The notes under the pieces were generated by a model. That model was not told the origin of the DNA, searched no databases, and saw only the letters and a list, made by a program, of their open reading frames with translations. A stretch of 64,000 nt of DNA from Auanema rhodensis (lineage: Eukaryota > Animalia > Nematoda). The position numbers were made by a program, and so were the translations under genes. The stretch covers positions 7,378,001-7,442,000 of the forward strand of contig OZ059894.1 of NCBI GenBank assembly GCA_964057225.1, in the 5' to 3' direction. Below are positions 50,851-63,420 of the stretch, piece by piece (the stretch's first letter is position 1; every line of letters starts with the position of its first letter).

Positions 50851-51151
50851 AAACTTTTGCTTTCTTTTTTTCAGAAACAGTTTTGATAAAGCTTTCAGTT
50901 TCGGAACTTCTCTCAAATCCTTTCTTTGGATAATTTCCGGTACAAAGGTCTAGGCTTATGGTTACGTTGTTTGGATGCATCAGGAATAGACGGCGGATCT
51001 CTTGTGAGATCATATTCTAGGAGATAATGTCGATTGGACATTGTTTCTTGGATATATTGTGAAAAAAGCTCCAAGCTTATGATTACCGTGTTTGGATGCA
51101 TAAGGGATAGACGGCGGATCTCTTCTGAGATGATATTCTAGGAGATAATGT

Positions 51152-51223
51152 GGCCGAATGGTCTAGGGGTATGATTCTCGCTTTGGGTGCGAGAGGTCCC
51201 GGGTTCAAATCCCGGTTCGGCCC
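51152..51223 (+). tRNA. tRNA-Pro(TGG)
   Basis: Consensus copy. Confidence 0.95.
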
Positions 51224-51404
51224 AAACTTTTGCTTTCTTTTGTTTCAGAAACAGTTTTGATAAAGCTTTCAGTTTCGGAACTTCTCTCAAATACTTTCTT
51301 TGGATAATTTCCGGTACAAAGGTCTAGGCTTATGGTTACGTTGTTTGGATGCATCAGGAATAGACGGCGGATCTCTTGTGAGATCATATTCTAGGAGATA
51401 ATGC

Positions 51405-51476
51405 GGCCGAATGGTCTAGGGGTATGATTCTCGCTTTGGGTGCGAGAGGTCCCGGGTTCAAATCCCGGTTCGGCCC
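51405..51476 (+). tRNA. tRNA-Pro(TGG)
   Basis: Consensus copy. Confidence 0.95.
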
Positions 51477-52022
51477 AAACTTTTGCTTTCTTTTGTTTCA
51501 GAAACAGTTTTGATAAAGCTTTCAGTTTCGGAACTTCTCTTAAATCCTTTCTTTCGATAATTTCCGGTAAAAAGGTCTAGGCTTATGGTTACGTTGTTTG
51601 GATGCATCAGGAATAGACGGCGGATCTCTTGTGAGATGATATACTTTTAAATAATTTCGATTGGACATTGTTTCTTGGATATATTGTGATAAAAAGCTCC
51701 AAGCTTATGATTACCGTGTTTGGATGCATCAGGAATAGACGGCAGATCTCTTGTGAGATCATATTCTAGGAGATAATGTCAATTGGACATTGTTTCTTGG
51801 ATATATTGTGAAAAAAGCTCCAAGCTTATGATTACCGTGTTTGGATGCATAAGGGATAGATGGCGGATCTCTTGTGAGATCATATTCTAGGAGATAATGT
51901 CGATTGGACATGGTTTCTTGGATATATTGTGATAAAAAGCTCCAAGCTTATGATTACGTTGTTTGGATGCATAAGGGATAGACGTCGGATCTCTTGTGAG
52001 ATGATATTCTAGGATATAATGT

Positions 52023-52094
52023 GGCCGAATGGTCTAGGGGTATGATTCTCGCTTTGGGTGCGAGAGGTCCCGGGTTCAAATCCCGGTTCGGCCC
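52023..52094 (+). tRNA. tRNA-Pro(TGG)
   Basis: Consensus copy. Confidence 0.95.
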
Positions 52095-52517
52095 AATCTT
52101 TTGCTTTCTTTTTTTCAGAAACAGTTTTGATAAAGCTTTCAGTTTCGGAACTTCTCTCAAATCCTTTCATTGGATATATTCTGGTAAAAAGGTCTAGGCT
52201 TATGGTTACGTTGTTTAGATGCATCAGGAATAGACGGCGGATCTCTTGTGAGATGATATACTTTGAGATAATGTCGATTGGACATTGTTTCTTGGATATA
52301 TTGTGATAAAAAGCTCCAAGCTTATGATTACCGTGTTTGGATGCATCAGGAATAGACGGCGGATCTCTTGTGAGATCATATTCTAGGAGATAATGTCGAT
52401 TGGACATTGTTTCTTGGATATATTGTGAAAAAAGGTCCAAGCTTATGATTAGGTTGTTTGGATGCATAAGGGATAGACGGCAGATCTCTTGTGAGATGAT
52501 ATTCTAGGAGATAATGT

Positions 52518-52589
52518 GGCCGAATGGTCTAGGGGTATGATTCTCGCTTTGGGTGCGAGAGGTCCCGGGTTCAAATCCCGGTTCGGCCC
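52518..52589 (+). tRNA. tRNA-Pro(TGG)
   Basis: Consensus copy. Confidence 0.95.
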
Positions 52590-52891
52590 AATCTTTTGCT
52601 TTCTTTTGTTTCAGAAACAGTTTTGATAAAGCTTTCAGTTTCCGAACTTCTCTCAAATCCTTTCTTTAGATAATTTCCGGTAAAAAGGTCTATGCTTATG
52701 GTTACGTTGTTTGGATGCATCAGGAATAGACGGCGGATCTCTTGTGAGATGATATACTTTGAGATAATGTCGATTGGACATTGTTTCTTGGATATATTGT
52801 GAAAAAAGGTCCAAGCTTATGATTAGGTTGTTTGGATGCATAAGGGATAGACGGCGGATCTCTTCTGAGGTGATATTCTAGGAGATAATGT

Positions 52892-52963
52892 GGCCGAATG
52901 GTCTAGGGGTATGATTCTCGCTTTGGGTGCGAGAGGTCCCGGGTTCAAATCCCGGTTCGGCCC
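52892..52963 (+). tRNA. tRNA-Pro(TGG)
   Basis: Consensus copy. Confidence 0.95.
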
Positions 52964-53144
52964 AAACTTTTGCTTTCTTTTGTTTCAGAAACAGTTTTGA
53001 TAAAGCTTTCAGTTTCGGAACTTCTCTCAAATCCTTTCATTGGATATATTCTGGTAAAAAGGTCTAGGCTTATGGTTACGTTGTTTGGATGCATCAGGAA
53101 TAGACGGCGGAACTCTTGTGAGATGATATTCTTGGAGATAATGT

Positions 53145-53216
53145 GGCCGAATGGTCCAGGGGTATGATTCTCGCTTTGGGTGCGAGAGGTCCCGGGTTCA
53201 AATCCCGGTTCGGCCC
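53145..53216 (+). tRNA. tRNA-Pro(TGG) variant
   Basis: T13C in D arm. Confidence 0.9.
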
Positions 53217-53518
53217 AAACTTTTGCTTTCTTTTGTTTCAGAAACAGTTTTGATAAAGCTTTCAATTTCGAAACTTCTCTCAAATCCTTTCTTTGGATAA
53301 TTTCCGGTAAAAAGGTCTAGGCTTATGGTTACGTTGTTTGGATGCATCAGGAATAGACGGCGGAACTCTTCTGAGATGATATACTTTCAGATAATGTCGA
53401 TTGGACATTGTTTCTTGGATATATTGTGAAAAAAGGTCCAAGCTTATGATTAGGTTGTTTGGATGCATAAGGGATAGACGGCGGATCTCTTCTGAGGTGA
53501 TATTCTAGGAGATAATGT

Positions 53519-53590
53519 GGCCGAATGGTCTAGGGGTATGATTCTCGCTTTGGGTGCGAGAGGTCCCGGGTTCAAATCCCGGTTCGGCCC
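53519..53590 (+). tRNA. tRNA-Pro(TGG)
   Basis: Consensus copy. Confidence 0.95.
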
Positions 53591-54378
53591 AAACTTTTGC
53601 TTTCTTTTGTTTCAGAAACAGTTTTGATAAAGCTTTCAGTTTCGGAACTTCTCTCAAATCCTTTCATTGGATATATTCTGGTAAAAAGGTCTAGGCTTAT
53701 GGTTACGTTGTTTGGATGCATCAGGAATAGACGGCGGATCTCTTGTGAGATGATATACTTTGAGATAATGTCGATTGGACATTGTTTCTTGGATATATTG
53801 TGATAAAAAGCTCCAAGCTTATGATTACCGTGTTTGGATGCATCAGGAATAGACGGCGGATCTCTTGTGAGATGATATACTTTGAGATAATGTCGATTGG
53901 ACATTGTTTCTTGGATATATTGTGAAAAAAGCTCCAAGCTTATGATTACCGTGTTTGGATGCATCAGGAATAGACGGCAGATCTCTTGTGAGATCATATT
54001 CTAGGAGATAATGTCGATTGGACATTGTTTCTCGGATATATTGTGATAAAAAGCTCCAAGCTTATGATTACCGTGTTTGGATGCATCAGGAATAGACGGC
54101 AGATCTCTTGTGAGATCATATTCTAGGAGATAATGTCGATTGGACATTGTTTCTCGGATATATTGTGATAAAAAGCTCCAAGCTTATGATTACCGTGTTT
54201 GGATGCATCAGGAATAGACGGCAGATCTCTTGTTAGATCATATTCTAGGATATAATGTCGATTGGACATTGTTTCTCGGATATATTGTGAAAAAAGGTCC
54301 AAGCTTATGATTAGGTTGTTTGGATGCATAAGGGATAGACGGCGTTCTCTTGTGAGATGATATTCTAGGAGATAATGT

Positions 54379-54450
54379 GGCCGAATGGTCTAGGGGTATG
54401 ATTCTCGCTTTGGGTGCGAGAGGTCCCGGGTTCAAATCCCGGTTCGGCCC
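54379..54450 (+). tRNA. tRNA-Pro(TGG)
   Basis: Consensus copy. Confidence 0.95.
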
Positions 54451-54751
54451 AAACTTTTGCTTTCTTTTTTTCAGAAACAGTTTTGATAAAGCTTTCAGTT
54501 TCGGAACTTCTCTCAAATCCTTTCTTTGGATAATTTCCGGTACAAAGGTCTAGGCTTATGGTTACGTTGTTTGGATGCATCAGGAATAGACGGCGGATCT
54601 CTTGTGAGATCATATTCTAGGAGATAATGTCGATTGGACATTGTTTATTGGATATATTGTGAAAAAAGCTCCAAGCTTATGATTACCGTGTTTGGATGCA
54701 TAAGGGATAGACGGCGGATCTCTTCTGAGATGATATTCTAGGAGATAATGT

Positions 54752-54823
54752 GGCCGAATGGTCTAGGGGTATGATTCTCGCTTTGGGTGCGAGAGGTCCC
54801 GGGTTCAAATCCCGGTTCGGCCC
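54752..54823 (+). tRNA. tRNA-Pro(TGG)
   Basis: Consensus copy. Confidence 0.95.
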
Positions 54824-55004
54824 AAACTTTTGCTTTCTTTTGTTTCAGAAACAGTTTTGATAAAGCTTTCAGTTTCGGAACTTCTCTCAAATCCTTTCTT
54901 TGGATAATTTCCGGTACAAAGGTCTAGGCTTATGGTTACGTTGTTTGGATGCATCAGGAATAGACGGCGGATCTCTTGTGAGATCATATTCTAGGAGATA
55001 ATGC

Positions 55005-55076
55005 GGCCGAATGGTCTAGGGGTATGATTCTCGCTTTGGGTGCGAGAGGTCCCGGGTTCAAATCCCGGTTCGGCCC
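55005..55076 (+). tRNA. tRNA-Pro(TGG)
   Basis: Consensus copy. Confidence 0.95.
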
Positions 55077-55501
55077 AAAATTTTGCTTTCTTTTGTTTCA
55101 GAAACAGTTTTGATAAAGCTTTCAGTTTCGGAACTTCTCTCAAATCCTTTCATTGGATATATTCTGGTAAAAAGGTCTAGGCTTATGGTTACGTTGTTTG
55201 GATGCATCAGGAATAGAAGGCGGATCTCTTGTGAGATGATATACTTTGAGATAATTTCGATTGGACATTGTTTCTTGGATATATTGTGATAAAAAGCTCC
55301 AAGCTTATGATTACCGTGTTTGGATGCATCAGGAATAGACGGCAGATCTCTTGTGAGATCATATTCTAGGAGATAATGTCGATTGGACATTGTTTCTTTT
55401 ATATATTGTGATAAAAAGGTCCAAGCTTATGATTACGTTGTTTGGATGTATAAGGGATAGACGGCGGATCTCTTGTGAGATGATATTCTAGGAGATAATG
55501 T

Positions 55502-55573
55502 TGCCGAATGGTCTAGGGGTATGATTCTCGCTTTGGGTGCGAGAGGTCCCGGGTTCAAATCCCGGTTCGGCCC
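55502..55573 (+). tRNA. tRNA-Pro(TGG) variant
   Basis: G1T, first acceptor pair broken. Confidence 0.8.
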
Positions 55574-55754
55574 AAAATTTTGCTTTCTTTTGTTTCAGAA
55601 ACAGTTTTGATAAAGCTTTCAGTTTCGGAACTTCTCTCAAATCCTTTCATTGGATATATTCTGGTAAAAAGGTCTAGGCTTATGGTTACGTTGTTCGGAT
55701 GCATCAGGAATAGACGGCGGATCTCTTGTGAGATGATATACTTTGAGATAATGT

Positions 55755-55826
55755 GGCCGAATGGTCTAGGGGTATGATTCTCGCTTTGGGTGCGAGAGGT
55801 CCCGGGTTCAAATCCCGGTTCGACCC
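55755..55826 (+). tRNA. tRNA-Pro(TGG) variant
   Basis: G to A at gene position 69, acceptor-stem mismatch. Confidence 0.85.
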
Positions 55827-56007
55827 AAAATTTTGCTTTCTTTTGTTTCAGAAACAGTTTTGATAAAGCTTTCAGTTTCGGAACTTCTCTCAAATCCTTT
55901 CATTGGATATATTCTGGTAAAAAGGTCTAGGCTTATGGTTACGTTGTTTGGATGCATCAGGAATAGACGGCGGATCTCTTGTGAGATCATATTCTAGGAG
56001 ATAATGT

Positions 56008-56079
56008 GGCCGAATGGTCTAGGGGTATGATTCTCGCTTTGGGTGCGAGAGGTCCCGGGTTCAAATCCCGGTTCGGCCC
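56008..56079 (+). tRNA. tRNA-Pro(TGG)
   Basis: Consensus copy. Confidence 0.95.
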
Positions 56080-56260
56080 AAAATTTTGCTTTCTTTTGTT
56101 TCAGAAACAGTTTTGATAAAGCTTTCCGTTTCGGAACTTCTCTCAAATCCTTTCATTGGATATATTCTGGTAAAAAGGTCTAGGCTTATGGTTACGTTGT
56201 TTGGATGCATCAGGAATAGACGGCGGATCTCTTGTGAGATCATATTCTAGGAGATAATGT

Positions 56261-56332
56261 GGCCGAATGGTCTAGGGGTATGATTCTCGCTTTGGGTGCG
56301 AGAGGTCCCGGGTTCAAATCCCGGTTCGGCCC
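56261..56332 (+). tRNA. tRNA-Pro(TGG)
   Basis: Consensus copy. Confidence 0.95.
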
Positions 56333-56634
56333 AAACTTTTGCTTTCTTTTTTTCAGAAACAGTTTTGATAAAGCTTTCAGTTTCGGAACTTCTCTCAAAT
56401 CCTTTCTTTGGATAATTTCCGGTACAAAGGTCTAGGCTTATGGTTACGTTGTTTGGATGCATCAGGAATAGACGGCGGATCTCTTGTGAGATCATATTCT
56501 TGGAGATAATGTCGATTGGACATTGTTTCTTGGATATATTGTGATAAAAAGGTCCAAGCTTATGATTACGTTGTTCGGATGCATCAGGAATAGACGGCGG
56601 ATCTCTTGTGAGATGATATTCTGGGAGATAATGT

Positions 56635-56706
56635 GGCCGAATGGTCTAGGGGTATGATTCTCGCTTTGGGTGCGAGAGGTCCCGGGTTCAAATCCCGGTT
56701 CGGCCC
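56635..56706 (+). tRNA. tRNA-Pro(TGG)
   Basis: Consensus copy. Confidence 0.95.
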
Positions 56707-57251
56707 AAACTTTTGCTTTCTTTTGTTTCAGAAACAGTTTTGATAAAGCTTTCAGTTTCGGAACTTCTCTCAAATCCTTTCATTGGATATATTCTGGTAA
56801 AAAGGTCTAGGCTTATGGTTACGTTGTTTGGATGCATCAGGAATAGACGGCGGATCTCTTGTGAGATGATATACTTTGAGATAATGTCGATTGGACATTG
56901 TTTCTTGGATATATTGTGATAAAAAGCTCCAAGCTTATGATTACCGTGTTTGGATGCATCAGGAATAGACGGCGGATCTCTTGTGAGATCATATTCTAGG
57001 AGATAATGTCGATTAGACATTGTTTCTTGGATATATTGTGATAAAAAGCTCCAAGCTTATGATTACCGTGTTTGGATGCATCAGGAATAGACGGCAGATC
57101 TCTTGTGAGATCATATTCTAGGAGATAATGTCGATTGGACATTGTTTCTTGGATATATTGTGAAAAAAGGTCCAAGCTTATGATTAGCTTGTTTGGATGC
57201 ATAAGGGATAGACGGCGTTCTCTTGTGAGATGATATTCTAGGAGATAATGT

Positions 57252-57323
57252 GGCCGAATGGTCTAGGGGTATGATTCTCGCTTTGGGTGCGAGAGGTCCC
57301 GGGTTCAAATCCCGGTTCGGCCC
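57252..57323 (+). tRNA. tRNA-Pro(TGG)
   Basis: Consensus copy. Confidence 0.95.
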
Positions 57324-57867
57324 AAACTTTTGCTTTCTTTTGTTTCAGAAACAGTTTTGATAAAGCTTTCAGTTTCGGAACTTCTCTCAAATCCTTTCAT
57401 TGGATATATTCTGGTAAAAAGGTCTAGGCTTATGGTTACGTTGTTTGGATGCATCAGGAATAGACGGCGGATCTCTTGTGAGATGATATACTTTGAGATA
57501 ATGTCGATTGGACATTGTTTCTTGGATATATTGTGAAAAAAGCTCCAAGCTTATGATTACCGTGTTTGGATGCATCAGGAATAGACGGCAGATCTCTTGT
57601 GAGATCATATTCTAACAGATAATGTCGATTGAACATTGTTTCTTGGATATATTGTGAAAAAAGGTCCAAGCTTATGATTACCGTGTTTGGATGCATCAGG
57701 AATAGACGGCAGATCTCTTGTGAGATCATATTCTAGGAGATAATGTCGATTGGACATTGTTTCTTGGATATATTGTGATAAAAAGCTCCAAGCTTATGAT
57801 TAGCTTGTTTGGATGCATAAGGGATAGACGGCGTTCTCTTGTGAGATGATATTCTAGGAGATAATGT

Positions 57868-57939
57868 GGCCGAATGGTCTAGGGGTATGATTCTCGCTTT
57901 GGGTGCGAGAGGTCCCGGGTTCAAATCCCGGTTCGGCCC
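57868..57939 (+). tRNA. tRNA-Pro(TGG)
   Basis: Consensus copy. Confidence 0.95.
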
Positions 57940-58120
57940 AAACTTTTGCTTTCTTTTGTTTCAGAAACAGTTTTGATAAAGCTTTCCGTTTCGGAACTTC
58001 TCTCAAATCCTTTCATTGGATATATTCTGGTAAAAAGGTCTAGGCTTATGGTTACGTTGTTTGGATGCATCAGGAATAGACGGCGGATCTCTTGTGAGAT
58101 CATATTCTAGGAGATAATGT

Positions 58121-58192
58121 GGCCGAATGGTCTAGGGGTATGATTCTCGCTTTGGGTGCGAGAGGTCCCGGGTTCAAATCCCGGTTCGGCCC
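58121..58192 (+). tRNA. tRNA-Pro(TGG)
   Basis: Consensus copy. Confidence 0.95.
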
Positions 58193-58616
58193 AAACTTTT
58201 GCTTTCTTTTGTTTCAGAAACAGTTTTGATAAAGCTTTCAGTTTCGGAACTTCTCTCAAATCCTTTCTTTGGATAATTTCCGGTGAAAAGGTCTAGGCTT
58301 ATGGTTACGTTGTTTTTATGCATCAGGAATATACGGCGGATCTCTTGTGAGATGATATTCTAGGAGATAATGTCGATTGGACATTGTTTCTTGGATATAT
58401 TGTGATAAAAAACTCCAAGCTTATGATTACCGTGTTTGGATGCATCAGGAATAGACGGCAGATCTCTTGTGAGATCATATTCTAACAGATAATGTCGATT
58501 GGACATTGTTTCTTGGATATATTGTGAAAAAAGGTCCAAGCTTATGATTACCGTGTTTGGATGCATCAGGAATAGACGGCGGATCTCTTGTGAGATGATA
58601 TTCTGGGAGATAATGT

Positions 58617-58688
58617 GGCCGAATGGTCTAGGGGTATGATTCTCGCTTTGGGTGCGAGAGGTCCCGGGTTCAAATCCCGGTTCGGCCC
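58617..58688 (+). tRNA. tRNA-Pro(TGG)
   Basis: Consensus copy. Confidence 0.95.
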
Positions 58689-59233
58689 AAACGTTTGCTT
58701 TCTTTTGTTTCAGAAACAGTTTTGATAAAGCTTTCAGTTTCGGAACTTCTCTCAAATCCTTTCTTTGGATAATTTCCGGTAAAAAGGTCTAGTCTTATGG
58801 TTACGTTGTTTGGATGCATCAGGAATAGACGGCGGATCTCTTGTGAGATGATATACTTTGAGATAATGTCGATTGGACATTGTTTCTTGGATATATTGTG
58901 ATAAAAAGCTCCAAGCTTATGATTACCGTGTTTGGATGCATCAGGAATAGACGGCGGATCTCTTGTGAGATCATATTCTAGGAGATAATGTCGATTAGAC
59001 ATTGTTTCTTGGATATATTGTGATAAAAAGCTCCAAGCTTATGATTACCGTGTTTGGATGCATCAGGAATAGACGGCAGATCTCTTGTGAGATCATATTC
59101 TAGGAGATAATGTCGATTGGACATTGTTTCTTGGATATATTGTGAAAAAAGGTCCAAGCTTATGATTAGCTTGTTTGGATGCATAAGGGATAGACGGCGT
59201 TCTCTTGTGAGATGATATTCTAGGAGATAATGT

Positions 59234-59305
59234 GGCCGAATGGTCTAGGGGTATGATTCTCGCTTTGGGTGCGAGAGGTCCCGGGTTCAAATCCCGGTTC
59301 GGCCC
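59234..59305 (+). tRNA. tRNA-Pro(TGG)
   Basis: Consensus copy. Confidence 0.95.
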
Positions 59306-59728
59306 AAACTTTTGCTTTCTTTTGTTTCAGAAACAGTTTTGATAAAGCTTTCAGTTTCGGAACTTCTCTCAAATCCTTTCTTTGGATAATTTCCGGTAAA
59401 AAGGTCTAGTCTTATGGTTACGTTGTTTGGATGCATCAGGAATAGACGGCGGATCTCTTGTGAGATGATATACTTTGAGATAATGTCGATTGGACATTGT
59501 TTCTTGGATATATTGTGAAAAAAGCTCCAAGCTTATGATTACCGTGTTTGGATGCATCAGGAATAGACGGCAGATCTCTTGTGAGATCATATTCTAACAG
59601 ATAATGTCGATTGGACATTGTTTCTTGGATATATTGTGAAAAAAGGTCCAAGCTTATGATTACCGTGTTTGGATGCATCAGGAATAGACGGCGGATCTCT
59701 TGTGAGATGATATTCTGGGAGATAATGT

Positions 59729-59800
59729 GGCCGAATGGTCTAGGGGTATGATTCTCGCTTTGGGTGCGAGAGGTCCCGGGTTCAAATCCCGGTTCGGCCC
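59729..59800 (+). tRNA. tRNA-Pro(TGG)
   Basis: Consensus copy. Confidence 0.95.
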
Positions 59801-60345
59801 AAACTTTTGCTTTCTTTTGTTTCAGAAACAGTTTTGATAAAGCTTTCAGTTTCGGAACTTCTCTCAAATCCTTTCATTGGATATATTCTGGTAAAAAGGT
59901 CTAGGCTTATGGTTACGTTGTTTGGATGCATCAGGAATAGACGGCGGATCTCTTGTGAGATAATATACTTTGAGATAATGTCGATTGGACATTGTTTCTT
60001 GGATATATTGTGATAAAAAGCTCCAAGCTTATGATTACCGTGTTTGGATGCATCAGGAATAGACGGCGGATCTCTTGTGAGATCATATTCTAGGAGATAA
60101 TGTCGATTAGACATTGTTTCTTGGATATATTGTGATAAAAAGCTCCAAGCTTGTGATTACCGTGTTTGGATGCATCAGGAATAGACGGCAGATCTCTTGT
60201 GAGATCATATTCTAGGAGATAATGTCGATTGGACATTGTTTCTTGGATATATTGTGAAAAAAGGTCCAAGCTTATGATTAGTTTGTTTGGATGCATAAGG
60301 GATAGACGGCGTTCTCTTGTGAGATGATATTCTAGGAGATAATGT

Positions 60346-60417
60346 GGCCGAATGGTCTAGGGGTATGATTCTCGCTTTGGGTGCGAGAGGTCCCGGGTTC
60401 AAATCCCGGTTCGGCCC
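60346..60417 (+). tRNA. tRNA-Pro(TGG)
   Basis: Consensus copy. Confidence 0.95.
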
Positions 60418-60840
60418 AAACTTTTGCTTTCTTTTGTTTCAGAAACAGTTTTGATAAAGCTTTCAGTTTCGGAACTTCTCTCAAATCCTTTCTTTGGATA
60501 ATTTCCGGTAAAAAGGTCTAGTCTTATGGTTACGTTGTTTGGATGCATCAGGAATAGACGGCGGATCTCTTGTGAGATGATATACTTTGAGATAATGTCG
60601 ATTGGACATTGTTTCTTGGATATATTGTGAAAAAAGCTCCAAGCTTATGATTACCGTGTTTGGATGCATCAGGAATAGACGGCAGATCTCTTGTGAGATC
60701 ATATTCTAACAGATAATGTCGATTGGACATTGTTTCTTGGATATATTGTGAAAAAAGGTCCAAGCTTATGATTACCGTGTTTGGATGCATCAGGAATAGA
60801 CGGCGGATCTCTTGTGAGATGATATTCTGGGAGATAATGT

Positions 60841-60912
60841 GGCCGAATGGTCTAGGGGTATGATTCTCGCTTTGGGTGCGAGAGGTCCCGGGTTCAAATC
60901 CCGGTTCGGCCC
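60841..60912 (+). tRNA. tRNA-Pro(TGG)
   Basis: Consensus copy. Confidence 0.95.
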
Positions 60913-61457
60913 AAACTTTTGCTTTCTTTTGTTTCAGAAACAGTTTTGATAAAGCTTTCAGTTTCGGAACTTCTCTCAAATCCTTTCATTGGATATATTC
61001 TGGTAAAAAGGTCTAGGCTTATGGTTACGTTGTTTGGATGCATCAGGAATAGACGGCGGATCTCTTGTGAGATGATATACTTTGAGATAATGTCGATTGG
61101 ACATTGTTTCTTGGATATATTGTGATAAAAAGCTCCAAGCTTATGATTACCGTGTTTGGATGCATCAGGAATAGACGGCGGATCTCTTGTGAGATCATAT
61201 TCTAGGAGATAATGTCGATTAGACATTGTTTCTTGGATATATTGTGATAAAAAGCTCCAAGCTTGTGATTACCGTGTTTGGATGCATCAGGAATAGACGG
61301 CAGATCTCTTGTGAGATCATATTCTAGGAGATAATGTCGATTGGACATTGTTTCTTGGATATATTGTGAAAAAAGGTCCAAGCTTATGATTAGCTTGTTT
61401 GGATGCATAAGGGATAGACGGCGTTCTCTTGTGAGATGATATTCTAGGAGATAATGT

Positions 61458-61529
61458 GGCCGAATGGTCTAGGGGTATGATTCTCGCTTTGGGTGCGAGA
61501 GGTCCCGGGTTCAAATCCCGGTTCGGCCC
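61458..61529 (+). tRNA. tRNA-Pro(TGG)
   Basis: Consensus copy. Confidence 0.95.
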
Positions 61530-61831
61530 AAACTTTTGCTTTCTTTTGTTTCAGAAACAGTTTTGATAAAGCTTTCCGTTTCGGAACTTCTCTCAAATCC
61601 TTTCATTGGATATATTCTGGTAAAAAGGTCTAGGCTTATGGTTACGTTGTTTGGATGCATCAGGAATAGACGGCGGATCTCTTGTGAGATGATATACTTT
61701 GAGATAATGTCGATTGGACATTGTTTCTTGGATATATTGTGAAAAAAGCTCCAAGCTTATGATTACCGTGTTTGGATGCATAAGGGATAGACGGCGGATC
61801 TCTTCTGAGATGATATTCTAGGAGATAATGT

Positions 61832-61903
61832 GGCCGAATGGTCTAGGGGTATGATTCTCGCTTTGGGTGCGAGAGGTCCCGGGTTCAAATCCCGGTTCGG
61901 CCC
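61832..61903 (+). tRNA. tRNA-Pro(TGG)
   Basis: Consensus copy. Confidence 0.95.
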
Positions 61904-62083
61904 AAACTTTTGCTTTCTTTTGTTTCAGAAACAGTTTTGATAAAGCTTTCAGTTTCGGAACTTCTCTCAAATCCTTTCTTTCGATAATTTCCGGTAAAAA
62001 GGTCTAGGCTTATGATTAGCTTGTTTGGATGCATAAGGGATAGACGGCGTTCTCTTGTGAGATGATATTCTAGGAGATAATGT

Positions 62084-62155
62084 GGCCGAATGGTCTAGGG
62101 GTATGATTCTCGCTTTGGGTGCGAGAGGTCCCGGGTTCAAATCCCGGTTCGGCCC
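62084..62155 (+). tRNA. tRNA-Pro(TGG)
   Basis: Consensus copy. Confidence 0.95.
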
Positions 62156-62336
62156 GAACTTTTGCTTTCTTTTGTTTCAGAAACAGTTTTGATAAAGCTT
62201 TCAGTTTCGGAACTTCTCTCAAATCCTTTCATTTTATATATTCTGGTAAAAAGGTCTAGGCTTATGGTTACGTTGTTCGGATGCATCAGGAATAGACGGC
62301 GGATCTCTTGTGAGATGATATACTTTGAGATAATGT

Positions 62337-62408
62337 GGCCGAATGGTCTAGGGGTATGATTCTCGCTTTGGGTGCGAGAGGTCCCGGGTTCAAATCCCGG
62401 TTCGGCCC
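62337..62408 (+). tRNA. tRNA-Pro(TGG)
   Basis: Consensus copy. Confidence 0.95.
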
Positions 62409-62589
62409 AAAATTTTGCTTTCTTTTGTTTCAGAAACAGTTTTGATAAAGCTTTCAGTTTCGGAACTTCTCTCAAATCCTTTCATTGGATATATTCTGGT
62501 AAAAAAGTCTAGGCTTATGGTTACGTTGTTTGGATGCATCAGGAATAGACGGCGGATCTCTTGTGAGATGATATACTTTGAGATAATGT

Positions 62590-62661
62590 GGCCGAATGGT
62601 CTAGGGGTATGATTCTCGCTTTGGGTGCGAGAGGTCCCGGGTTCAAATCCCGGTTCGGCCC
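62590..62661 (+). tRNA. tRNA-Pro(TGG)
   Basis: Consensus copy. Confidence 0.95.
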
Positions 62662-62842
62662 AAAATTTTGCTTTCTTTTGTTTCAGAAACAGTTTTGATA
62701 AAGCTTTCAGTTTCGGAACTTCTCTCAAATCCTTTCATTGGATATATTCTGGTAAAAAGGCCTAGGCTTATGGTTACGTTGTTTGGATGCATCAGGAATA
62801 GACGGCGGATCTCTTGTGAGATGATATACTTTGAGATAATGT

Positions 62843-62914
62843 GGCCGAATGGTCTAGGGGTATGATTCTCGCTTTGGGTGCGAGAGGTCCCGGGTTCAAA
62901 TCCCGGTTCGGCCC
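62843..62914 (+). tRNA. tRNA-Pro(TGG)
   Basis: Consensus copy. Confidence 0.95.
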
Positions 62915-63095
62915 AAAATTTTGCTTTCTTTTGTTTCAGAAACAGTTTTGATAAAGCTTTCAGTTTCGGAACTTCTCTCAAATCCTTTCATTGGATATAT
63001 TCTGGTAAAAAGGTCTAGGCTTATGGTTACGTTGTTTGGATGCATCAGGAATAGACGGCGGATCTCTTGTGAGATCATATTCTAGGAGATAATGT

Positions 63096-63167
63096 GGCCG
63101 AATGGTCTAGGGGTATGATTCTCGCTTTGGGTGCGAGAGGTCCCGGGTTCAAATCCCGGTTCGGCCC
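63096..63167 (+). tRNA. tRNA-Pro(TGG)
   Basis: Consensus copy. Confidence 0.95.
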
Positions 63168-63348
63168 AAAATTTTGCTTTCTTTTGTTTCAGAAACAGTT
63201 TTGATAAAGCTTTCCGTTTCGGAACTTCTCTCAAATCCTTTCATTGGATATATTCTGGTAAAAAGGTCTAGGCTTATGGTTACGTTGTTTGGATGCATCA
63301 GGAATAGACGGCGGATCTCTTGTGAGATCATATTCTAGGAGATAATGT

Positions 63349-63420
63349 GGCCGAATGGTCTAGGGGTATGATTCTCGCTTTGGGTGCGAGAGGTCCCGGG
63401 TTCAAATCCCGGTTCGGCCC
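63349..63420 (+). tRNA. tRNA-Pro(TGG)
   Basis: Consensus copy. Confidence 0.95.
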
